DNA from: Myxococcales bacterium
GTDB taxonomy: Bacteria; Myxococcota; UBA727; VGSZ01
Length of the DNA stretch: 64,000 nt
Direction: 5' to 3'
Assembly: GCA_023248635.1 (NCBI GenBank)
Contig: JAHFED010000002.1
Location: 41,723 to 105,722, forward strand
The notes under the pieces were generated by a model. That model was not told where the DNA came from and did no database searches. It saw only the letters and a list, made by a program, of their open reading frames with translations. The position numbers and the translations under genes are program-made. Below are positions 1 through 8,149 of the stretch, one piece after another; positions within the stretch are counted from its first letter, which is position 1; every line of letters begins with the position of its first letter.

Positions 1-164
1 ACCTTCACGCCGACGCGTTCGAGCACGGCCTTGCCCAATTCGTCGACGAGGAGGGCTGCGAGCAGGTGCTCGGGCTCGATGGCCTGGTGCTGTCGGGCAC
101 GGGCCACCTTCTGCGATTCGACGAGGGTGGCTTGGGACTTGGGCGAGTATTTGGCGAGGTTCAT
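1..164 (-). CDS. clpB: Clp-family chaperone, N-terminal fragment; the gene continues past the window edge
   Basis: Minus-strand ATG at 164. Translation MNLAKYSPKSQATLVESQKVARARQHQAIEPEHLLAALLVDELGKAVLERVGVK matches the opening of the Clp N-domain (ClpB-like ...HQ.IEP.HLL.ALL). It is absent from the ORF track because it is open-ended. Confidence 0.55.
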   Translation of the reverse strand, partial: MNLAKYSPKSQATLVESQKVARARQHQAIEPEHLLAALLVDELGKAVLERVGVK

Positions 165-218
165 GGCGCGGTGAACCTATATCGATTGCCCCGCAGATGC
201 AGGGGTTGGAAGCGGGCC

Positions 219-1007
219 TCAGTAGTCGTCGGCGGCGAGTTCGCTTTTGCGGTCGACCAACCACCCCTCGAGGCTGTCGGCGTCGAACCAGGGCCCATGG
301 CCGGGAAAGAAAGCGGCGCCGCCGTCGACGAGCAGCTGCTCGAGCGCACGCACATCCCCCGCAGGATCCGCGGAGTAGAAATGGGTGGTGGCTCGTCCCT
401 GGTGCTCGCTGCCGGCCTCGTCGGTGCCGCGGATCAGGTCGCCGACGAAGACGTCGCCGGACTGCAGCACGACGGAGACGCTGCCCTTGGTGTGGCCGGG
501 AGTGGCAACGACGCGTCCGGGGACGCCGAAGGGCGTGAGATCGAGCTCGGTGCCGAGGACCAGATCCGGCGTGAAGGGGGGAAAGCTCTTGTCGAGCAGA
601 GGTCGCAGCGCCTCCCCTTCCCAGATTTGGCTCTCGGGGGGCTCAGAGAAGCCGGCTTCGGCGAATTCGACGTCGGCAGCGCCGAGGGCGATGGGGGCAG
701 CAATCTCGGCCTGCAGTGCCGCCGCGGGACCGAGGTGATCCAGGTGGCCGTGCGTCAGAACCACCAGAGTGACGGCGTCGAGGGCAATGCCTTCGATGGC
801 GAGGCCCCGCTCGATCTCTGGCAGGTCGCCCTTCTCTGAGAGATCGACGAGCACGGTGCCGCTGCCGCCCTGCAGAGCCCACACATTGCCGATCCCCACC
901 AGCAAATGGTGGATGACAACGTCGTCGCGTTCAAAGATCCGCACTTCGGGATCGCAGCCGAGGGTGGCAACCAAAGCGAAGGGGGCAAAAACGAGAGAGG
1001 GGCGCAT
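219..1007 (-). CDS. MBL-fold metallo-hydrolase, probable lipoprotein
   Basis: HxHxDH motif (VLTHGHLDHLG). N-terminal signal with lipobox-like LVATLGC. Confidence 0.8.
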   Translation of the reverse strand: MRPSLVFAPFALVATLGCDPEVRIFERDDVVIHHLLVGIGNVWALQGGSGTVLVDLSEKGDLPEIERGLAIEGIALDAVTLVVLTHGHLDHLGPAAALQAEIAAPIALGAADVEFAEAGFSEPPESQIWEGEALRPLLDKSFPPFTPDLVLGTELDLTPFGVPGRVVATPGHTKGSVSVVLQSGDVFVGDLIRGTDEAGSEHQGRATTHFYSADPAGDVRALEQLLVDGGAAFFPGHGPWFDADSLEGWLVDRKSELAADDY

Positions 1008-1116
1008 GGGTCAGCGTCGGCAAGGAGCGCCGCGGCGTCAAGAGGACGTCGTCGCCGGCCCCGTCTGCTGTTTGCGCGCGCCGCGGGTCCTGGGGCACCC
1101 TGCGCGCGAGGTTCCC

Positions 1117-1620
1117 ATGAAGTCTGCCGCCCTCTGCGCTCTCCTCGTCGTCGTCGTCAGTAGCATCGCCCGCGCCCAGGAGCCGCCGACGCCGCCGGCG
1201 CCGGGCCCGCCGTTGCCGCCGGCACCAACCGCCGACGAGATTCGCCGGGTGAGCGCGTACTACCTGAAGGGCAAAGAGAGCGGCCCGATCCTGATCGAGC
1301 TCTCGCTGTGTGCGGACATCGGCAAGACCGAGGAAGGCAAGTTGGCCTGCGGCGCCCCCCTGCCGACGACGCTGAAGAAGGGCGATGCCATCACCGCCTT
1401 CGTGAAGTTCTTCGCTCCCAAAGGTGGCAAGTATGAAGACCTGAAGATCAAGTTTCTCGTCGACGGCGAGGTCCGCAGCACCAGCGACTTCACGGTCACG
1501 GAGTCTTGGACCGGGTACGCGAACTACAAGAAAACCACCGCCAACAAGCTGGGCACCTGGGAGGTGCAGGTCCTGCGTGGCGACGTCGTCCTCGAGTCTC
1601 GCAAGATCGGCGTGGAATAA
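1117..1620 (+). CDS. Secreted hypothetical protein
   Basis: In-frame ATG at 1117 gives the signal peptide MKSAALCALLVVVVSSIARAQE. The upstream part of track ORF 769..1620 is Arg/Pro-rich antisense noise opposite the MBL gene. Confidence 0.6.
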   Translation: MKSAALCALLVVVVSSIARAQEPPTPPAPGPPLPPAPTADEIRRVSAYYLKGKESGPILIELSLCADIGKTEEGKLACGAPLPTTLKKGDAITAFVKFFAPKGGKYEDLKIKFLVDGEVRSTSDFTVTESWTGYANYKKTTANKLGTWEVQVLRGDVVLESRKIGVE

Positions 1621-1722
1621 GGTCCGGGCAGGCCTCCCTGCGCACGTCGCGTACTTGGCGCTGGTTGCACGAGGCAGCTAGGCTGCCTCCCGTCCAGAGC
1701 ACGACACAGAGCGGAGCCCGCG

Positions 1723-2700
1723 GTGGTCTATTTCAGCCCGGCGACCAAAGAAATCACAGCGAAGATCGTCTACTACGGTCCGGGCATGTGTGGAAAGACC
1801 ACGAATCTGCAAAAGGTGCATGAGTTAATGCGCCCGCAGATGAAATCTGAATTGGTGAGTGTTGCCACCGAAACAGACCGCACCATCTACTTCGATTTCC
1901 TGCCGGTGAAGTTGGGCAAGATCGCGGGCTTCGACTTTATCGTCCGCAGCTTTACCGTTCCGGGTCAGCCGTACTATGGCGAGACCCGCAAGATGGTCCT
2001 TCAAGGCGCCGACGGCATCGTCTTCGTCGCCGACAGCCAGCGCTACATGCTGGATCAGAACAAAGACAGCCTCATCGATCTCAAGCGAAATCTAAAGATC
2101 AACGGCCTCGATTACGCCACGATTCCCATCGTACTGCAGTACAACAAACGTGACCTTCCTGACTGCCTTCCCATTGCGGATCTCGAACAGGCGCTCAACG
2201 AGCGGAAGGTGCCCTTTTTCGAAGCCTCGGCGTTCAAGGGCATCGGCGTCGTAGAGACCTTGAAGGCCGTGACCCTGACCGTCTTCAAGCACGTCCGCGA
2301 CGGCGGCATGCAAAACCTCGGCAAGCCCGCAGCATCGCGCAGCACCGTCGCCGTCCCCACAGGTGCCCCCGCCCCGGTTCCGGCCGCCGTGCCGGGTGCG
2401 GCCCTGCCCCGCCCCCCGTCGGCCCCCCGTCCGGTGGCCACGGGCGCTGGGCCCGCGCCCGCCCCGGCCGCCTCCGAGGCCCTGCAAAACTCCATGGGCG
2501 CCCTCATCTCCAACACGCAGGAGGGCACGGCCCCGATGCCGTCGAAAGACGCCATCGGCCTGCAGGAATTCCAGAACATGGCGGTGCTGCACCACCGGCT
2601 GACCGAACGCGTGGCCCAGCTCGAGAAGGAGCTGACCCGCGTGGCGCAAGAGCAGCAGGATCTGAAGCGCATCGTCGGCCGCAAGCTCATGGGCACCTGA
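1723..2700 (+). CDS. MglA-family Ras-like small GTPase with a ~130-aa Pro/Ala-rich and coiled-coil C-terminal extension
   Basis: GTG start. KIVYYGPGMCGKTTN P-loop, TDRTIYFDFLP switch I, VPGQ switch II, and QYNKRDL (NKxD). The first ~195 aa are collinear with MglA as I remember it. Confidence 0.85.
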   Translation: MVYFSPATKEITAKIVYYGPGMCGKTTNLQKVHELMRPQMKSELVSVATETDRTIYFDFLPVKLGKIAGFDFIVRSFTVPGQPYYGETRKMVLQGADGIVFVADSQRYMLDQNKDSLIDLKRNLKINGLDYATIPIVLQYNKRDLPDCLPIADLEQALNERKVPFFEASAFKGIGVVETLKAVTLTVFKHVRDGGMQNLGKPAASRSTVAVPTGAPAPVPAAVPGAALPRPPSAPRPVATGAGPAPAPAASEALQNSMGALISNTQEGTAPMPSKDAIGLQEFQNMAVLHHRLTERVAQLEKELTRVAQEQQDLKRIVGRKLMGT

Positions 2701-2704
2701 AGCA

Positions 2705-3262
2705 ATGGGCAAACGCGCATGCGTGTTGCTGATCGAGGGCTTCGAAGAGACCGAAGCCGTCGTCGTCGTTGACGTGCTGCGCCGGGCCGAGGTCCAGGTC
2801 ACGGTCATCGGCGTCGAGACCCGCAGGGTCACCGGCAGCCATGGCATCTCCATCAACGTCGACGCCGCCCTGCAAGACGTCGTCGCCGTCGGCAGCTGCT
2901 TTGATTGTGTGGTGCTGCCAGGGGGCATGCCGGGTGCCGGCAAGCTGAGAGACAGCGCCATGGTGCAGGAGTTCGTCGTCGCCCAACACGCCGCTGGCGC
3001 CATCGCCTCCGCCATCTGCGCCGCCCCCATCGCGCTGGCAAGGTTCGGCCTGCTGCAGGGCAAGAAGGCCGCGTGCTACCCGGGCTTCGAGGAGCAACTG
3101 GGCGGCGCGCTGGTGCAGGGCGATGCCGTCGTCGTCGACGGCGATGTCGTCACCAGCCGGGGGGTTGGCACAGCCTTGGCCTTCGCTCTGGTCCTGGTCG
3201 ATCGTCTGGCCGGCACCGACATGGCCCGCTCCCTCGCCACCCGCTTGCTCGTCGAGCGTTGA
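2705..3262 (+). CDS. DJ-1/PfpI (ThiJ/YajL-like) family protein
   Basis: Typical DJ-1 layout: VLPGG...., nucleophile-elbow Cys in AICAAP, 185 aa. Confidence 0.8.
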   Translation: MGKRACVLLIEGFEETEAVVVVDVLRRAEVQVTVIGVETRRVTGSHGISINVDAALQDVVAVGSCFDCVVLPGGMPGAGKLRDSAMVQEFVVAQHAAGAIASAICAAPIALARFGLLQGKKAACYPGFEEQLGGALVQGDAVVVDGDVVTSRGVGTALAFALVLVDRLAGTDMARSLATRLLVER

Positions 3263-3295
3263 GCCCCCTTGCTCCAAACGTGATCGGCGCAGGGA

Positions 3296-3910
3296 TCAAT
3301 CCTCCCCTTCGCCCTCCCCCTCCTCGCCGCCGTCCCCCCCCTTCTGGTCGGCGTCGCCTTCGCCTTCCTCGCCCTCACCTTCGTCCCCCTCGCCCTCACC
3401 TTCTTCGCCCTCACCTTCTTCGCCCTCCCCTTCTTCGCCCTCACCTTCTTCGCCCTCACCTTCTTCGCCCTCACCTTCACCTTCACCTTCACCTTCACCT
3501 TCACCTTCACCTTCACCTTCACCTTCGCCTTCGCCTTCGCCCTCGCCACAGGGCTCGAGATTGTCAGCGACGATGCCCGTCGCTGTGGGCCCATCGGCCA
3601 CCGCCAAGGCAAAGGTGCCGCAGCGCCGGGGCTCCAGGGGCGGCACGCTGTTGGCCTCGACGGCGAGACCGAGACCAAAGATGGTGATGGCCCCGTCGTA
3701 GTCGCCGGGCGCCAGGACGAGGGAGAACAGGACGAGGTCGCCTTCGGCGCTGGCCCGCCGGGTTTGGTCAGCGACGACGATCTCGGCCAGCTCATCGTCG
3801 CCGACGCCGACGACGACGACGGTGACGTTGGCTTGCTGCACCAGCTCTTCGGGGCCGCGGCACGATGCAGCGGCCACACAACAAAGCAGTCCCAACCACG
3901 CACGCATCAT
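3296..3910 (-). CDS. Lipoprotein with an 83-aa (GE)n / GEGEE-repeat C-terminus
   Basis: Start re-picked to ATGATG at 3910 (MMRAWLGLLCCVAAASC lipobox). ATGA overlap with the stop of the upstream caspase-like gene. The C-terminus is almost pure Gly/Glu. Confidence 0.7.
   Translation of the reverse strand: MMRAWLGLLCCVAAASCRGPEELVQQANVTVVVVGVGDDELAEIVVADQTRRASAEGDLVLFSLVLAPGDYDGAITIFGLGLAVEANSVPPLEPRRCGTFALAVADGPTATGIVADNLEPCGEGEGEGEGEGEGEGEGEGEGEGEGEGEEGEGEEGEGEEGEGEEGEGEEGEGEGDEGEGEEGEGDADQKGGDGGEEGEGEGED
3299..3547 (-). repeat. Coding simple-sequence repeat: hexamer (ccttca/gccttc)n and 15-mer (ccctcaccttcttcg)n, encoding (GE)n / (GEGEE)n
   Basis: caccttcaccttcaccttc... runs and five near-identical 15-nt units are directly visible. 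Confidence 0.9.
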
Positions 3911-5448
3911 GGAAGAGCGACCTCGCCGTCTTTGAGCGACATGGACCACAGCACCAGTCCGCCGCCGGCGAGGCCCAGGGCCACTGCGCTCACGGTGAGC
4001 GCGGTGGCGCCGTTGCGCCAGCCATCGACCTCGAGAGTGAGGGCCGAATCCAGCTGTCCTGACCGCTCGAAGGATTGCTCAAGCTCTTGAAATGCGAGCT
4101 GGTTGCCGACGACGGCGCCGACGGCCGCAACGCCTGCGAGCCCGGCACTTCCGAGCAGGACGCCGCCGATGGTGCCGATCGGCAGGCGCAGGGGCGGGCT
4201 GCCCGCCGACGACCAGGGAGGCACAAACAACTCCGCTGCGGCCGCCGGCTCCACCAGGGTCTGGGAGGCAAAGAAGCCCCGCACGAACCCTTCGTCGAGG
4301 GGGCGCTCGAAAAGACGCGCAAAGGGGCCGCCGCCGTCGCCGCGGGCCGTTGGTGCGCTGTTGAAGTCGAGGGAAGAGAGCGCATACGCGCCCCCCGAAC
4401 GGGGCACGAGCACAGCCTCGCTGCCATCGCGCTGCACCAAGAAAAAGGGTTGGCCAACCAACGAGAGGTACACCGGGCGATCGCCGGCCCGGTTCACCTC
4501 GGCCCAGGGCACGCCGCGCGAATCGAGCAGACGCACCCGTCCGGGTTGGTCGACGGCGAGAAAGGAGGACGCTCCAGAGCGCCGCAGGTCGACGAGGGCA
4601 GCGTGAGGTCGCTGCAGCGGCGGCTCGGCATAGATCTGCAGCCGTGCCCGGGGATCCTCGATGCCGTGGGAGGCGGCACCGACGAAGGCCGCCGCTTCGC
4701 CATATTCGACGTCGCCGTCGCCGTCGACGTCGCCGCCGCCGGTGAGCGCCGAGCGCAGCAGGTAGGAAAACACCCCAGAAGAAAGAGCCCGCGACTCGTG
4801 CACCTCGGTGGCCTGCGACGTCGACACCATCAGCCCGGTCCGCGCGATGACGTCTTGGGGCAAGGGGTCTTTGAGAGCGTCGAGCAGGGCGGGCGTGAGG
4901 GCGACGCCTTCGTCGCCGTCGCCGCGGCTCTTGACGAAGAAATAGCTGGAGCAGGCGTCGACGATGACGTGGTTGAGATCCGCCGGCGAGGGCAGCAACA
5001 CCTGTCGCGCGAGGTCGCTGCGCGTGAAGGGGCCATCGGCAAAAACCACGAAGCCCTGGCCGCCGTCGTCGACGTCGCCGTGTCCCGCGAAGGCAAACAC
5101 CAGCTCGGTCTGGGCGCCGTGGTCCTTCTCCTGACGCAGCAGCCAAAAGGCTTCGCCCAGGGCGCCAGCGAGGGCCTCTTTGGTGGGTGGACGTGCGATG
5201 TCGACCAGGTCCGGAAAGGCCCGGGCGCTCTCGTGGTCGAAGGTCGTCAACAACCAGGCCCGGCTCGCTCCGGGGGCGAGCTGCAGAAACAGGCGCGCGG
5301 CATCGTCGTCGGCGAAGGAAAGAGGGGAGTGGGGATCAGCGCCGCCCCCGTTGTGGCCGACGACGACGACGACGCGGCCCGGGGCTGGCGCTGCGGGGGC
5401 GACCGCGGTCAGCGAGCACCACAGCACCCACACCACCCCCGCGCTCAT
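3907..5448 (-). CDS. Caspase-like (peptidase C14 / clan CD) protein, exported, with a C-terminal two-helix membrane anchor
   Basis: Signal peptide MSAGVVWVLWCSLTAVAPAAPA. Catalytic-dyad context ELVFAFAGHGD (His) and NHVIVDACSSYFF (Cys) with caspase-like spacing. Two hydrophobic helices lie near the C-terminus (IGGVLLGSAGLAGVAAVGAVV; ALTVSAVALGLAGGGLVLW). Confidence 0.75.
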   Translation of the reverse strand: MSAGVVWVLWCSLTAVAPAAPAPGRVVVVVGHNGGGADPHSPLSFADDDAARLFLQLAPGASRAWLLTTFDHESARAFPDLVDIARPPTKEALAGALGEAFWLLRQEKDHGAQTELVFAFAGHGDVDDGGQGFVVFADGPFTRSDLARQVLLPSPADLNHVIVDACSSYFFVKSRGDGDEGVALTPALLDALKDPLPQDVIARTGLMVSTSQATEVHESRALSSGVFSYLLRSALTGGGDVDGDGDVEYGEAAAFVGAASHGIEDPRARLQIYAEPPLQRPHAALVDLRRSGASSFLAVDQPGRVRLLDSRGVPWAEVNRAGDRPVYLSLVGQPFFLVQRDGSEAVLVPRSGGAYALSSLDFNSAPTARGDGGGPFARLFERPLDEGFVRGFFASQTLVEPAAAAELFVPPWSSAGSPPLRLPIGTIGGVLLGSAGLAGVAAVGAVVGNQLAFQELEQSFERSGQLDSALTLEVDGWRNGATALTVSAVALGLAGGGLVLWSMSLKDGEVALP

Positions 5449-6284
5449 CGTGGCCTGCGCACAATCAAGCGGGACTGCACAGCCACGTCGACGGGCAAGC
5501 GCTCCAGTTGAGCCAGCGGCACACCCGCGCGCAAGGCCCCGTTGAGCCGCTGCTCGACGTCGACGCCCGAGAAGGCCACATCGGAGAGCAGCACAAAGAG
5601 CGTGACGTCGCCGGCGTCGGGCAGGCGGGCCATGGTTGAGAGCAAAGCGTCAGCGGTTCCTGCGGGCACCGCGAGGGCCGACGACGACGGGGCAAAGGGC
5701 GGCAGCCACACGGGCTGCGAGCTTTGATCGATGCCGACCACGAAGGCGAACTGGGCGCGCGGGGAGAGGTTCGTCGTCGAGAAAGCCAAGGTCCCACCGG
5801 GTGCGCAGTCGACGTCGGCCCCGGTCTGTCGCGCGCCGGCGCTGGCCTCGTCGAAGATGGCGCCGTCGATGACGCAGCGCACGTGCACACCCAGCGGGGC
5901 CTGCGCCCCACCCCGAGAGGCAAGGTCGTCGACGGGGAGCGCCCAGAACAAGAACGCGCAGGTGGCCGCCCCCAGGGCTGGCGCCAGCGATCCCCACCAC
6001 GCGCGCATCCCAAGGCGGCCAGCGCTCGGCGCGACATGCGGGGTCTGCTCCTCATCGAGGGCGCCGTCGTCGAGCAGGCGGCGCAAGAGCAGCTCCTGTT
6101 GACCGCTGGACAAGCCGGCAGCGGCCGCGGACCGGTGCTCGGCCCGCCGAAGCAGGTCGTAAGCGGCGGCCACGTCGTCGTCAACGTCGACGACGTCGCA
6201 CATCCAGCGCCGCAACAGCGATGGCAGCGCGCCGCCGCTGTAGGCGGGAAGCAGGCGCAGGGCGATGGCGCGGCGCAGTCCCAT
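5445..6284 (-). CDS. Single-pass membrane protein, putative anti-sigma factor
   Basis: Lies 4 nt downstream of the ECF sigma gene. One TM helix (WWGSLAPALGAATCAFLFWALPV) separates a cytoplasmic N-domain from a ~170-aa periplasmic domain. ATGA overlap with the downstream caspase-like gene. The call rests on position and topology only. Confidence 0.45.
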   Translation of the reverse strand: MGLRRAIALRLLPAYSGGALPSLLRRWMCDVVDVDDDVAAAYDLLRRAEHRSAAAAGLSSGQQELLLRRLLDDGALDEEQTPHVAPSAGRLGMRAWWGSLAPALGAATCAFLFWALPVDDLASRGGAQAPLGVHVRCVIDGAIFDEASAGARQTGADVDCAPGGTLAFSTTNLSPRAQFAFVVGIDQSSQPVWLPPFAPSSSALAVPAGTADALLSTMARLPDAGDVTLFVLLSDVAFSGVDVEQRLNGALRAGVPLAQLERLPVDVAVQSRLIVRRPR

Positions 6285-6288
6285 AGCG

Positions 6289-6918
6289 TCAGTCCTTTCG
6301 TGTCTCTTTGTGCTTACGGCGCAGCAAGCTCGACCCGATCACGACTTTCGCGTTTCTCAAAAAACCTGCCTTGCGCAGGGCGGCCAGCAACGCGGTGCGC
6401 AGGGCGGTGTCTCGTTTGCGCACCTTGGGCTCGCTCCACCCCAAGAGCGCCGCGGCGGCGGCCAGGGAATGCTGCTGCTCGAAGCGGAGCCGAAAGAGCT
6501 CACTCTCCTCGTCGCCGAGCTCCCCCCGCCAGGCCTGCAGGGTGGCATCGAGCTCGCGCTCTTCCTGCCGGGCGGCCGGGTCGTCGTCGGCGAGGAGGGC
6601 CGGCATGTCCTCGGGCGCCCGGGAGTCGAAGCGTCGCTCGATGCGCAGCCGATCCACCACGACGTGCCGGGTGATCGTCGACAGCCAGGCCCCATAGGGA
6701 CGCACGCCATCCCAGGTCGCTCGCGCCTTGGCGCCAAAAGCCTTGGTGAAGACCTCGTGCACCAGCGCTTCGACCTCGTGCTCCGGCGCGCGCGTCGCCC
6801 TGATTTGGCGGGCGACACCGGGGGCATAGAGCTGAAAGACCCGCGCGAGAGCCGCCCGATCTCCTCGACGAAAGCCATCGATGAGGAGCGGCGCACCCTC
6901 GAGCGGGTCCTCAACCAT
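6289..6918 (-). CDS. ECF-type RNA polymerase sigma-70 family factor
   Basis: Region 2-like ...PYGAWLSTITRHVVVDRLRIERR and region 4-like LFRLRFEQQHSLAAAAALLGWSEPKVRKR. 209 aa. Confidence 0.8.
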   Translation of the reverse strand: MVEDPLEGAPLLIDGFRRGDRAALARVFQLYAPGVARQIRATRAPEHEVEALVHEVFTKAFGAKARATWDGVRPYGAWLSTITRHVVVDRLRIERRFDSRAPEDMPALLADDDPAARQEERELDATLQAWRGELGDEESELFRLRFEQQHSLAAAAALLGWSEPKVRKRDTALRTALLAALRKAGFLRNAKVVIGSSLLRRKHKETRKD

Positions 6919-6923
6919 GGCGC

Positions 6924-7889
6924 TCAGTCGTTCTCGCCTTCGCCTTCGCCTTCGCCTTCAGCGCCATCATCGTCCTCGCCAGCGTCGCCAGCGTCGCCGT
7001 CATCGCCACCTTCGCCTTCGCCTTCGCCTTCGCCCTCGTCGTCGCCGTCATCGTCGTCGCCGTCATCGTCTTCGCCGTCATCGTCGTCTTCGCCGTCATC
7101 AGCGTCTTCGCCCTCTTCGCCGTCGTCGGCGTCGCCGTCGTTGTCGTCGTCGTCATCGCTCTCGTCGTTTTCGCCGTCGTTATCGTCGTCGTCGTCGTCG
7201 TCGTCGTTTTCGCCGTCGTTGTCGTCGTCATCGTCGTTGCCATTGTCGATGCCATCGTGGTCATTGTCGTCGTCTTCGTCGGCGTCGTCTTCGTCGGCGG
7301 TGCCATCGCCGTCGTCGTCGTCGTCGACCAGGTCGCAGTCGCCGTCGTCGTCGGTGTCGAGATCTTCATTGTCATCGTCGTCGCCGGAACCGTCAGCGTC
7401 GGTGTCGTCGACGTCAGCGACGTCGTCGTTGTCGTCGTCGTCGTCTTGCAGATCGCTCTCGCCGTCTTCGTCGCTGTCGATTTGATCGAGTGGGTTCTCC
7501 TCGGCCTCGACGTCGTCGCCGGCGGTGGACAGCTGGGCCGTGGTGACGTCGCCCTGCCAGGTCGGCAGGCTCGTGGCGTCGGGGGCGCCGCCAGACTTCG
7601 AGGCGACGCGGAGCACGCGGGTCACGTCTCCCTCGACGACGAACACCGAGACCGGGCGGGCCGAGGCGATGGCCACGCGGAAGGCCCCGTCGGCCGCAGG
7701 AGACGCGCGAAAGGCGTTGCCGCGAGCGTCGATCACCAACACTTCCGCAGCCCCAGCCGGCGCCGTCCCGGTCAGCGCTCGGCCCTCGTCGACGGGGTCC
7801 GGCGGATCGGCGGCGGGGCCGGGGAGGGCGCAGGCAACGAGGGGAAGCAGGGTCGTGGCCACGGCGAATCGAACAAAGGTCTGCATCAT
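6924..7889 (-). CDS. Lipoprotein with an extremely acidic (Asp/Glu/Gly/Asn) C-terminal half ending in (GE)n
   Basis: Start re-picked to ATGATG at 7889 with AGGAG upstream (MMQTFVRFAVATTLLPLVAC lipobox). The N-terminal domain is beta-rich. About 190 aa are nearly pure D/E/G/N. The stop lies 5 nt before the sigma gene. Confidence 0.7.
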   Translation of the reverse strand: MMQTFVRFAVATTLLPLVACALPGPAADPPDPVDEGRALTGTAPAGAAEVLVIDARGNAFRASPAADGAFRVAIASARPVSVFVVEGDVTRVLRVASKSGGAPDATSLPTWQGDVTTAQLSTAGDDVEAEENPLDQIDSDEDGESDLQDDDDDNDDVADVDDTDADGSGDDDDNEDLDTDDDGDCDLVDDDDDGDGTADEDDADEDDDNDHDGIDNGNDDDDDNDGENDDDDDDDDNDGENDESDDDDDNDGDADDGEEGEDADDGEDDDDGEDDDGDDDDGDDEGEGEGEGEGGDDGDAGDAGEDDDGAEGEGEGEGEND

Positions 7890-8149
7890 GACTCCTGGGG
7901 CTGCCTGACGCAGCCGTGGAAGGCCGAACAACTCGGTTCCTGGGGTTTACGGCGCAGCCGCAGCGCCGCGATCGACTTTCTGCTGAGGGGATGTAGATCG
8001 CTCGCCAGCGCACACTCCAGCGCGCAGCGACGCGGGCTGCATCGACCTCGGCGAAAGCGGGTCACAACAACGTCCCAGTTCGCATCGTCCGGCCGCTCGC
8101 GTTGCCGCTTTCCTGGCCTGCTCCGTAGCCTGTCGATCGGGGTACAAAC

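Noticed and set aside
1621-1722. Hairpin gaggcagc-tag-gctgcctc (about 1671-1690), considered as a terminator or riboregulator upstream of the MglA-like gene
   Set aside because: It has an 8-bp stem with only a 3-nt loop and no U-tract. This is too weak to annotate.
3390-3545. Possible CRISPR or other non-coding repeat array, given the regular 6- and 15-nt periodic repeats (also at 49560-49700)
   Set aside because: The period is far too short, there are no unique spacers, and the repeats lie in frame inside ORFs encoding (GE)n. They are coding microsatellites.
7936-7940. GGAAC (minus strand) upstream of the ECF operon, considered as a possible autoregulated ECF -35 element
   Set aside because: The nearest CGTC-like -10 lies ~25 nt downstream rather than the usual 16-17 nt. 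A 5-mer is expected by chance, so it is not reported as a promoter.
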